The notes under the pieces were generated by a model. The model was not told the origin of the DNA. It saw nothing but the letters and a program-made list of their open reading frames with translations, and searched no databases. DNA of 57,015 nt from a virus (Duplodnaviria > Heunggongvirae > Uroviricota > Caudoviricetes), in the IMG/VR virus record IMGVR_UViG_2522572023_000010; one strand, written 5' to 3'. Position numbers and translations under genes: made by a program. Each line of letters opens with the position of its first letter. Position 1 is the stretch's first letter. Positions 47,166-55,728 of the stretch are shown in pieces.

Positions 47166-47909
47166 GAAATGACTAGCGCGTGTGATGTGAGTAATCTTCT
47201 ACCTATGGTAGAAGAACAGAAGTATCCAGATTTCGCCAAGAGACTAAACGAATTGATGACAATCAAAGGAATCTCTGTCACTCAACTCAAAAGTCTTGTG
47301 GGCGTTACATATGAAATGGCTCGTCGATACACAATCGGCGCAGCGAAGCCACGTGTCTCTGTCATGAGTAAACTTGCGTTGGCTCTTGGAGTATCAGCTT
47401 CATATCTAGAATATGGTGTTGGAGATAGAGAGGAATGTAAGGAAATGGCAAGCATCCCCAATCCAACAAAGCCCGATGTATACAGGATAGAAGTTTTGGA
47501 TCTTAGCGTTAGCGCAGGACCTGGGACCTATATGCTTTCAGACTATGTTGATGTGCTCTACGCCATTGAGTTCACAACTGAACATGCCCGTTCTCTTTTC
47601 GGAAACCGTTCTCAGAATGATATAAAAGTTATGACGGTAAATGGAGATAGTATGTCCCCAACTCTTGTTTCCGGGGATCGATTGTTTGTCGACATTTCCG
47701 TTCGCCACTTCCAGACTGATGGAGTTTACTCTTTCGTTTACGGTAAGACTTTCCATGTTAAACGTCTACAAATGCAAGGCAACAAACTAGCTGTTCTTTC
47801 GGATAACCCCGCCTATGAGAAATGGTACATTGATGAGAAGTCGCAAGATCAGCTTTATGTTATGGGTAAGGCACTGATTCATGAGTCGATTAAATATAAT
47901 CGACTTTAA
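47148..47909 (+). CDS. cI: CI-like repressor with S24 (LexA-type) autopeptidase domain
   Basis: N-terminal HTH (MTIKGISVTQLKSLVGVTYEMARRY), C-terminal S24 motifs including GDSMSPT (catalytic Ser) and a downstream Lys; exact start uncertain (ATG overlaps an operator). Confidence 0.85.
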   Translation: MQLLKIEMTSACDVSNLLPMVEEQKYPDFAKRLNELMTIKGISVTQLKSLVGVTYEMARRYTIGAAKPRVSVMSKLALALGVSASYLEYGVGDREECKEMASIPNPTKPDVYRIEVLDLSVSAGPGTYMLSDYVDVLYAIEFTTEHARSLFGNRSQNDIKVMTVNGDSMSPTLVSGDRLFVDISVRHFQTDGVYSFVYGKTFHVKRLQMQGNKLAVLSDNPAYEKWYIDEKSQDQLYVMGKALIHESIKYNRL

Positions 47910-48142
47910 TTAGGCATCTAGCAATCGTTAAAGCAAACGAGCACAGATGATAAAAGATAAGGATAGAAAATCTTTATACAAATTTTATTTGGCACATTGG
48001 TCCATAAAAATGGATTAACACTGAGCTGTTACCCTAAGTAAGAAAAGATAAAGACCATATGTTATCTTTGGGTGCGTTACTAACACAAAAAAACCAAAAT
48101 AAAACATAAATAATAGACAATTCTATACAACAGGATACGATA

Positions 48143-49228
48143 ATGATTAATGAACGTACTGAAGCGACAGATGGGGTAGCAGATATGATTTCCACCAATA
48201 CAAAATATTTAGTATGGAACAACAAAGGTGGTGTAGGAAAAACTTTTCTTACATATAATCTTGCCGTTGAGTTTGCTATATCTCATCCGGATCAAGATGT
48301 TGTGGTTATTGACTCATGCCCTCAATCAAACGTTTCAGAAATTATTCTTGGTGGCAATGGTACCGGGGAAGAAAATCTAAATAAATTGCGAGACAGAAAT
48401 GTTACAATCGCAGGTTATATCAAGGAGCGTTTTAGCAAATCTCCTTTGTCTCGTTTAGGAAATGAATCTTCTTACTTTGTACGAGCCCATGATGTTAATG
48501 CAAAAATGCCAGAGAACTTATATATTCTTCCTGGTGATGTCGATCTTGATATCTGTTCACGCTTAATATCTCACATTGGCTCATCCCCAGTAAAAGAAGC
48601 ATGGAAGAAAAGCCGATCTTTGCTGGTAGATCTAATAGCATCTTTTGAAGCCGATAAAAACATTTCTGACAGAGCAAAAACATTTTTTATTGATTGTAAT
48701 CCAAGTTTTGCCAGCTACACAGAATTGGGAGTAGTCGCGGCAAATAGAATAATTATCCCTTGCACTGCCGATGCTGCATCAATTCGCGGAATAAAAAACC
48801 TTGTTAAACTTATTTATGGAGTGTCTATTGACAAGTCAGAACAAGATGAAATGTTCTTAGATTTCAACAAAGAAGCAAAGCAAAACCTTATCGAACTACC
48901 TGAACTACACCTTTTCGTACAAAACCGCTCAAGAACTAATGAAAGTGATGCAGCAAAAGCATTCAAATCACATGCAGAAGAGATCAAAAGAATCACGGAT
49001 GACCTGTTAAATACACATCCTCATCTGTTCACAAATGTGGCTACTTTCGAGAGAGTTCAAAATGTCAAAGATGGTAATACTCTTGCAGCAATAATAAACC
49101 ATGAGGGATGCCCTTTAAGTAGGCTGCAGCATAAGAGTTACACTATCTATGGTATGGCGACCCAAGCTAATAGAGCACAAATTGAAGCACTAGAATCTGA
49201 TGTTTCAACAGTAGTCAAGTGTCTGTAA
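48143..49228 (+). CDS. ParA/MinD-family ATPase (361 aa), lone gene in the rexAB position; candidate exclusion or defence gene
   Basis: Deviant Walker A KGGVGKT, Walker B-like FFIDCNPSF; AT-rich coding sequence; followed by an intrinsic terminator. Confidence 0.75.
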   Translation: MINERTEATDGVADMISTNTKYLVWNNKGGVGKTFLTYNLAVEFAISHPDQDVVVIDSCPQSNVSEIILGGNGTGEENLNKLRDRNVTIAGYIKERFSKSPLSRLGNESSYFVRAHDVNAKMPENLYILPGDVDLDICSRLISHIGSSPVKEAWKKSRSLLVDLIASFEADKNISDRAKTFFIDCNPSFASYTELGVVAANRIIIPCTADAASIRGIKNLVKLIYGVSIDKSEQDEMFLDFNKEAKQNLIELPELHLFVQNRSRTNESDAAKAFKSHAEEIKRITDDLLNTHPHLFTNVATFERVQNVKDGNTLAAIINHEGCPLSRLQHKSYTIYGMATQANRAQIEALESDVSTVVKCL

Positions 49229-49263
49229 TACAATAACCATGATTTAGAACGAACATAATTCTC

Positions 49264-49288
49264 GCCCGACCAACCGGTCGGGTTTTAT
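49264..49288 (+). terminator. intrinsic terminator after the ParA-like gene
   Basis: CCCGACC-aacc-GGTCGGG followed by TTTTAT. Confidence 0.65.
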
Positions 49289-49525
49289 ACTCGTAGCCTG
49301 CTTAATAACACTGTTCCTGACCCGTTGTATCCATAGTTCCCACTATTTTCCCCCAAATTATTACTATCTAATTAACCTAATAATTAAACCAAAACAAAAG
49401 ACACTCGATATTTTCTATACGTAACTACGCCACATCACCCCATCTGTGAAAAACCTTTTAATTCATAACGTTATATAGAAAACTAAAAATTAAATACACA
49501 CTTCTACTTTTTGTTGTTGATTTTT

Positions 49526-49572
49526 GCTACTTTTAGTAGCATCATTATCTGAACAAACAACAGACTGTTGTT
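49526..49572. promoter_or_regulatory. left operator (OL-like) palindromes
   Basis: GCTACTTTTAGTAGC (49526-49540) shares the GCTACT half-site with the OR repeats; perfect 17-bp palindrome AACAACAGACTGTTGTT (49556-49572). Confidence 0.5.
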
Positions 49573-50160
49573 AACGAAAGGTTGGTTGTAACACGGCGTA
49601 TGGCACATGCGTCGTTAGCGGTCTGGGGACGTTAAAGGGGACAATCCACTCCTTGCTCGGGCAAACAAACCAGGTAGCCGGAATGTGCAAGTCAATGAGG
49701 ATGCTGATAAGACGCCTAACCAGCGTGGCGATTCGGTTTGACGCCTGGGAAGAGACCAGGGTGCAACGATGAGGGCATTTATGGAACCGCGACAAAGTGT
49801 GGTGCCGTAACTGGCTAAGTGCTCTCAGCGTTGTGGTGAATGCGCAGGCTGATGCGCGAAAGACATTGCAGCTATTGCGGAAAAGAGCTGTTCGGCGGGG
49901 CAATTAAACGCCCGTGAGAGTCTGAAATAACCGCAAGCCGGAGATCAGCACCGGTCACCACAACAGCCACTGCTTTGGCGGTACCAGTTTGTACACTTGC
50001 TTCCGGCTGGTACCGCTCTTTTTACAAAACAGAGAAGAGCATCACCGGACGACGGGCTCATAACCCAATCCACCCGGGCGGCTGCCACCGCAGGTGCTCT
50101 TCTCTGTTTTGTGGAGAAACCAACCGACCTTGCAGGGTCGATATGATGAGGAGCAGCAAA

Positions 50161-50523
50161 ATGGCTAGCGAACGCAGTACTGATGTGCAGGCATTTATCG
50201 GGGAGCTGGACGGCGGCGTATTTGAAACCAAAATCGGCGCTGTTCTCAGTGAAGTCGCTTCAGGTGTGATGAACACGAAAACCAAAGGGAAGGTCTCGCT
50301 CAACCTGGAAATCGAACCGTTTGATGAGAACCGTGTGAAAATAAAACACAAACTCTCATATGTTCGTCCGACTAACCGCGGGAAAATTTCCGAAGAAGAC
50401 ACCACCGAAACGCCGATGTATGTCAATCGCGGTGGTCGCCTGACTATTCTGCAGGAAGACCAGGGACAATTACTGACTCTTGCCGGTGAACCTGACGGAA
50501 AACTCCGCGCAGCAGGTCATTAA
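50161..50523 (+). CDS. YfdP-like early protein (CPS-53-type)
   Basis: 120 aa; GAGGAG ribosome-binding site before ATG 50161; first gene of the rightward early operon. Confidence 0.55.
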   Translation: MASERSTDVQAFIGELDGGVFETKIGAVLSEVASGVMNTKTKGKVSLNLEIEPFDENRVKIKHKLSYVRPTNRGKISEEDTTETPMYVNRGGRLTILQEDQGQLLTLAGEPDGKLRAAGH

Positions 50524-50588
50524 TATCGTTCTTAATTAACTGATTATTTATCTCATCACTGAATATCCTTATATAGTGAGGACTTATT

Positions 50589-51413
50589 ATGTCTCAGAAC
50601 TTAGACGCAACCGCAATTAATCAAATCCATGCCCTTATTTCTGCTCAGGGTGTTAATGAAATTATTAGTAAGATTGGTGCCGATGCTGTGGCATTGCCTG
50701 AGAATTTCCGCATTCATGATCTGGAAAAATTTAATTTAAATCGCTTCCGTTTCCGTGGTGCGCTTTCCACTGCCAGCATCGATGACTTTACCCGTTATTC
50801 TAAAGATCTTGCAGATGAAGGCACCCGCTGCTTTATCGATGCCGATAATATGCGTGCCGTCAGTGTGCTTAACCTGGGTACTATTGATGAACCAGGTCAC
50901 GCAGATAACACCGCCACTCTCAAACTGAAAAAGACAGCACCGTTCTCTGCTCTGTTGTCTGTTAATGGCGAGCGTAACTCCCAAAAGTCACTGGCAGAAT
51001 GGATTGAAGACTGGGCCGACTACCTTGTGGGCTTTGATGCTAATGGTGACGCCATTCAGGCAACCAAAGCGGCTGCGGCGATCCGTAAAATCACAATTGA
51101 AGCGAACCAGACCGCTGATTTTGAAGACAATGACTTCAGCGGCAAACGCTCCCTGATGGAGTCTGTCGAAGCGAAGACCAAAGACATTATGCCAGTGGCA
51201 TTTGAATTTAAATGCGTTCCGTTTGAAGGCCTGAAAGAACGTCCGTTTAAATTACGCCTCAGCATTATCACTGGCGATCGTCCTGTACTGGTTCTGCGCA
51301 TTATTCAGCTGGAAGCGGTGCAGGAAGAAATGGCTAACGAATTTCGTGATCTGCTTGTTGAGAAATTTAAAGACAGCAAAGTAGAAACCTTTATTGGTAC
51401 TTTCACCGCCTGA
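50589..51413 (+). CDS. YfdQ-like protein (DUF2303 family)
   Basis: 274 aa; synteny with the following HD-domain gene. Confidence 0.55.
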   Translation: MSQNLDATAINQIHALISAQGVNEIISKIGADAVALPENFRIHDLEKFNLNRFRFRGALSTASIDDFTRYSKDLADEGTRCFIDADNMRAVSVLNLGTIDEPGHADNTATLKLKKTAPFSALLSVNGERNSQKSLAEWIEDWADYLVGFDANGDAIQATKAAAAIRKITIEANQTADFEDNDFSGKRSLMESVEAKTKDIMPVAFEFKCVPFEGLKERPFKLRLSIITGDRPVLVLRIIQLEAVQEEMANEFRDLLVEKFKDSKVETFIGTFTA

Positions 51414-51540
51414 TTTCATTACTGCAAATGCCCCTGCGGGGGCATTTATGGAAACATAATTAACTCAATAATCGCCGGATGGTGAGGGCTTCCTTTTACC
51501 AGAATTCAGCGCGGTGCAGCGCATATACGTGGAGAACAAA

Positions 51541-52077
51541 ATGTCATTTATTAAAACTTTTTCCGGGAAGCATTTTTATTATGACAAGATAAATAAAGAC
51601 GACATCGTTATTAACGATATCGCGGTTTCCCTTTCAAATATCTGTCGCTTTGCAGGACATCTTTCACACTTCTACAGCGTCGCCCAACATGCGGTGCTTT
51701 GCAGCCAGCTGGTACCGCAGGAATTTGCTTTTGAAGCGTTAATGCATGATGCAACAGAAGCATATTGCCAGGACATCCCCGCACCACTGAAACGCCTTCT
51801 TCCTGACTATAAACGGATGGAAGAAAAAATAGACGCCGTAATCCGTGAGAAATACGGGTTACCCCCGGTTATGAGCACGCCTGTGAAATATGCCGATCTC
51901 ATCATGCTGGCAACCGAACGCCGCGATCTCGGGCTTGATGATGGCTCTTTCTGGCCTGTACTGGAAGGCATCCCGGCAACAGAGATGTTCAACGTGATTC
52001 CACTGGCACCGGGCCATGCCTACGGGATGTTTATGGAACGTTTTAACGAGTTATCGGAGTTACGCAAATGCGCATGA
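51541..52077 (+). CDS. HD-domain phosphohydrolase (YfdR-like)
   Basis: MSFIKTFSGKHFYYDK... with H...HD metal-binding motifs (FAGH, MHDATEAY); GGAG ribosome-binding site. Confidence 0.65.
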   Translation: MSFIKTFSGKHFYYDKINKDDIVINDIAVSLSNICRFAGHLSHFYSVAQHAVLCSQLVPQEFAFEALMHDATEAYCQDIPAPLKRLLPDYKRMEEKIDAVIREKYGLPPVMSTPVKYADLIMLATERRDLGLDDGSFWPVLEGIPATEMFNVIPLAPGHAYGMFMERFNELSELRKCA

Positions 52078-52430
52078 ATGTTTTCGAAATGGAAGGGTTT
52101 CTTCGCGGGAAATGTGTACCGCGAGATCTGAAAGTGAACGAAACAAATGCTGAGTACCTGGTACGTAAATTCGACGCGCTTGAAGCTAAATGTGCGGCAC
52201 TGGAAAACAAAATAATACCAGTGTCAGCTGAACTGCCACCAGCAAATGAAAGTGTTCTGTTATTTGATGCTAATGGAGAAGGCTGGCTGATTGGCTGGCG
52301 TTCTCTCTGGTACACCTGGGGACAAAAAGAAACCGGAGAATGGCAGTGGATATTTCAGGTCGGGGACCTTGAAAACGTCAATATCACTCACTGGGCAGTA
52401 ATGCCGAAAGCACCGGAGAATAAGAAATGA
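52068..52430 (+). CDS. DUF551-type protein (YfdS-like)
   Basis: 120 aa ending ...NITHWAVMPKAPE. Confidence 0.5.
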   Translation: MRMNVFEMEGFLRGKCVPRDLKVNETNAEYLVRKFDALEAKCAALENKIIPVSAELPPANESVLLFDANGEGWLIGWRSLWYTWGQKETGEWQWIFQVGDLENVNITHWAVMPKAPENKK

Positions 52431-52630
52431 GCGTGATAAAAACTCATACAGGAATTGTTATCACCCGAGACGGTCCGCAGGTAAAAAAACTGCACCAGAC
52501 AAAGCGGATGTGGGTCGTCGGAAAAAACGAGTTTTACCACAAAGAAACCGGACGCCGCCATTTTGCAGAAAATACGCGCCGCCGACTGCTGTTAGACACC
52601 ATCAAGCCTATCGAGGTGAAGCATGTTTAA
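52427..52630 (+). CDS. small hypothetical early protein
   Basis: ATGA stop/start coupling with neighbours. Confidence 0.4.
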   Translation: MSVIKTHTGIVITRDGPQVKKLHQTKRMWVVGKNEFYHKETGRRHFAENTRRRLLLDTIKPIEVKHV

Positions 52631-52862
52631 ACAGAACGAAAAAGCTATCGCTCAAATTGCTGATTATATCCCGCGTGCGTGCCGGGGTATGCAGTTGCAG
52701 GAAGCCAAAGCGCGCCTGGAGAAAAAAATTGCGCTCTATATTGATGACGGCTGTGATGCTGCCGTTCTTAACGCAGCGTTCGCGCCAGCTCTTAACAGTC
52801 ATACGCGGGAGTCTTTTTTTTCGCGCATCGCAGCGCAGATCCGTAAAGGAGGCAACCAGTGA
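52623..52862 (+). CDS. small hypothetical early protein
   Basis: ATGA stop/start coupling with neighbours. Confidence 0.4.
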   Translation: MFKQNEKAIAQIADYIPRACRGMQLQEAKARLEKKIALYIDDGCDAAVLNAAFAPALNSHTRESFFSRIAAQIRKGGNQ

Positions 52863-53410
52863 GCGAGATTAACTATCAGGCTCTGCGACTGGCGGCAGAA
52901 AATGCAACACCAGGCGAATGGTGTGCTGATGACTACCATGGAGTAATTGCCGATGCCGGACTGAACGCCAATTACTACATAGCATCATGCTCAGGACCAG
53001 ATAATCGCGCCAATAAACGATTCATAGCCGCCGCCAATCCTGCCACCGTCTTGGCGCTGCTGGATGAGCTGGAAGCAGCAGAGAAGCGAAACGCTGAATT
53101 ACAAAGCGAGAATGCATACATCCGCAACCGGTACAAAGAACTGGACCTATTAATCGGGAAAAACATTCTGGTCATGCAGACTGCCATTATCGAATGGCAG
53201 GCAACTGGCGACGCTAAGAGCGGACTGGCATGGATTTATAACACACTGTTTGGCCCTGGCGAATTACCGGACGAATCTGAGAAAGATGCTCAGGCCTACT
53301 TTAATCGCAAATATGCACCGATTGACGAAAAGCTTATGGCGCTTCACAAGTGGTTTTGGGAACAAAGTGAAGCAGAGCGCGCCGCAGGCGCTCGCATTAA
53401 AGGAGGGTGA
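52859..53410 (+). CDS. Ead/Ea22-like early protein
   Basis: 183 aa with coiled-coil centre; typical early-left operon position. Confidence 0.5.
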   Translation: MSEINYQALRLAAENATPGEWCADDYHGVIADAGLNANYYIASCSGPDNRANKRFIAAANPATVLALLDELEAAEKRNAELQSENAYIRNRYKELDLLIGKNILVMQTAIIEWQATGDAKSGLAWIYNTLFGPGELPDESEKDAQAYFNRKYAPIDEKLMALHKWFWEQSEAERAAGARIKGG

Positions 53411-53415
53411 GAAAG

Positions 53416-53603
53416 TGAATCGAACAATAATAGTGACAACAGTAATTTCAGTCCCTGCCAATGCTCCGCATCAGGATATTGATGATTTTGTCGAGAGTAA
53501 ATTCGGGCAAGACAAGGATATGAAACCGGATAACTTATGTTATGGAGATGTTACTGAAATAATTAGCCATCATTGGGAGTATGGCTCTCATTACATGAAT
53601 TAA
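53416..53603 (+). CDS. small hypothetical protein (GTG start)
   Basis: GGAGGG ribosome-binding site then GTG; 62 aa. Confidence 0.35.
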
Positions 53604-53693
53604 TTACATCATATCGTTAATTTAATCCTTAACCGGAGGGATTTCTGCACCCTCAGAACATCAGGAGGCAGCCCGAAAGGGCGGTAACAAATA

Positions 53694-54170
53694 ATGCAAG
53701 ACATCAAAGAAAATATCAGGCAACAGCTTTACGGGTTTTATATTGCTTATGATTTGTGGCTGAAGAACGGGGCAAAACCCGGCGGAGTGTTTTCTCAAAA
53801 TTATGGTTTATGCGCCAATCTTTTCGATTATCTCACATTAATTGGTACCCCCTGTGAGGCAGCGCTGGAGCAATTACACGCTGATTTCAGAAGTGCCGGG
53901 CTGAATGAGGCGTTGCCGTTTAACGAGGGTAAAGAGCATTACCATGAAGAAAGAGGGCACAACATGTGCCATATGAATCCGGCACGAGTGGCGTGGGTCA
54001 GGGCGCAGACAGGGCAGCCAGCGCCGGAAGGACTGGTTAAAGCGGTGCGCTTCTATGAACAGGTTAAGCGTGAAAATCCGCCAGTCGAAACCGGAGCATG
54101 GAAAGACGCTGTTGATTGGGTGTTCAAAGAGGCTTGTCAGGCTGTAAACATTCGCATCAAAGGAGAGTGA
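53694..54170 (+). CDS. hypothetical early protein (158 aa)
   Basis: ORF track; coding-like composition. Confidence 0.5.
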   Translation: MQDIKENIRQQLYGFYIAYDLWLKNGAKPGGVFSQNYGLCANLFDYLTLIGTPCEAALEQLHADFRSAGLNEALPFNEGKEHYHEERGHNMCHMNPARVAWVRAQTGQPAPEGLVKAVRFYEQVKRENPPVETGAWKDAVDWVFKEACQAVNIRIKGE

Positions 54171-54363
54171 GATGAACGGACAAATATCAATTATTCGCCC
54201 TGGCGCTTGTGACGAAGACAATAAGGCTGATTATCCGCCTTGCGATGGGTAGAACAATAACTGCTCTCATTACTCCAGAAAATCTCGCATTAGCATTAAC
54301 CGGAAAGTCAGACCTGCCAGTAGAGCTAAAGCTGCGAAATGTTGAGATTAAGGTGAAATAGCT

Positions 54364-54954
54364 ATGACCACTTTTACCAATAGCAAACTAACAGACGAAT
54401 ACGTTTCAAATGCAACGTTGATTCGGCTCATTCTGTGGGCTGACCAGCACAATAGCCATTATGTTGTAGCGGCTCTGCGCGAGCTACAGGAGCGCCGCAA
54501 GGCTGATAGTGCAGAACCTGGAAGCCAAACTTACAAGTTGCCAGTTAATACACCTTGCCAAGATGCGCCAGCCCATATCTGGCTGCAAACGGCTGGAGTA
54601 TGGCCAGAAGATGGCGAGTTAAGCGAATTAACGTGGTGCAGCCACAATCAACACCATGATGACACGCTATATGTTCGAGCTGACCTTGTGAATGGCAACT
54701 ATCCGGCAACTCCGGATGGTTGGATAAGCTGTAGTGAGCGAATGCCTGAAATGGGAGAGCGACAATGCTATGTGTTAGCAGCTGACTTTAAAAACAACTA
54801 CCCACCAAACATCCCCAACACTCAGGTCGGCGTATATGGCGACTGGTTTAATGATGGCAAGCCCACTTGGGATGACGGTGATGGCGAAGACCTGTATCTC
54901 AAAGAGGTAACCCACTGGATGCAGCTACCAGAACCGCCGCAGGAGGTGAAATGA
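54364..54954 (+). CDS. DUF551 domain protein
   Basis: C-terminal VTHWMQLPEPP motif. Confidence 0.55.
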   Translation: MTTFTNSKLTDEYVSNATLIRLILWADQHNSHYVVAALRELQERRKADSAEPGSQTYKLPVNTPCQDAPAHIWLQTAGVWPEDGELSELTWCSHNQHHDDTLYVRADLVNGNYPATPDGWISCSERMPEMGERQCYVLAADFKNNYPPNIPNTQVGVYGDWFNDGKPTWDDGDGEDLYLKEVTHWMQLPEPPQEVK

Positions 54955-55041
54955 TGAATTGGCCTGAAGCATTCACCGCAGTTGGAGTTGCAATAGCGGT
55001 GGCATTTATTCTGTATTCGCTTTTCCGCTGGGGATAAAGGA

Positions 55042-55284
55042 ATGTTCGCTCTGATTCAACGTGGTCAGATATACACGGACAGAGCCGGATACCCTGTGGT
55101 GATTACTCGCAGTACTCAGCACTCAGTGTTCTTTCGACGCATGGACGGGCGCTCCGGACGGGTACGCATTGGTGAGTTCAACAACCTGTTCGAACATATT
55201 GACCAACAGGAGTACCGCAAAATTCTGGCGGGCACTGAGCAGGAAATGCGCCTGAAAAAATTACGCGCAATGCAACGGAGGTGA
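55042..55284 (+). CDS. hypothetical early protein (80 aa)
   Basis: ORF track; GGAA ribosome-binding site. Confidence 0.45.
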   Translation: MFALIQRGQIYTDRAGYPVVITRSTQHSVFFRRMDGRSGRVRIGEFNNLFEHIDQQEYRKILAGTEQEMRLKKLRAMQRR

Positions 55285-55440
55285 TACATGCATACGGCTT
55301 TTGAGTTCTGGGTTCGCAAGACATTCGGCAATCGCTACGACCTGACCCGTGATGTCGACGGCTTCTACTGCCGTGAAGTTGTGAAACGAATGTTTGACGT
55401 GTGGTGCCACTGCCGTGGATGAAAGTTTTATGAGGTTGGC

Positions 55441-55695
55441 ATGCAGACAATCATCTATCAGATAACCCCCAGCAAATGGTGTACGGAGAGAGTCCTTATT
55501 GCATCAACAGGGCTAAAGCCCGGCACCATCGAGCGGGCCAGAAGAAAGTCATGGATGCAGGGAAAAGAATACCGCCATTACGCTGTAGAAGGTGATCCTG
55601 GGCATTACAGTGAATGCCTGTACAACATCGAAGAAATTATGCGATGGATCGAAAACCAGAAACAACCAGGTGCCAAAAATGCAAGTTCCGGTTAA
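55441..55695 (+). CDS. xis: excisionase-like protein
   Basis: 84 aa; IYQITPSKWCTERVLIASTGLKPGTIERARRK resembles E. coli prophage excisionases; directly upstream of the integrase. Confidence 0.7.
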   Translation: MQTIIYQITPSKWCTERVLIASTGLKPGTIERARRKSWMQGKEYRHYAVEGDPGHYSECLYNIEEIMRWIENQKQPGAKNASSG

Positions 55696-55728
55696 CCTGT
55701 TAATGCTCCTGGACGTCTGGGAGGTTTA

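Noticed and set aside
49571-49903. 110-aa minus-strand ORF in the early-left leader
   Set aside because: Antisense to the leader of the rightward early operon, no ribosome-binding site, Arg/Thr-rich low-complexity product; the region looks like structured non-coding RNA.
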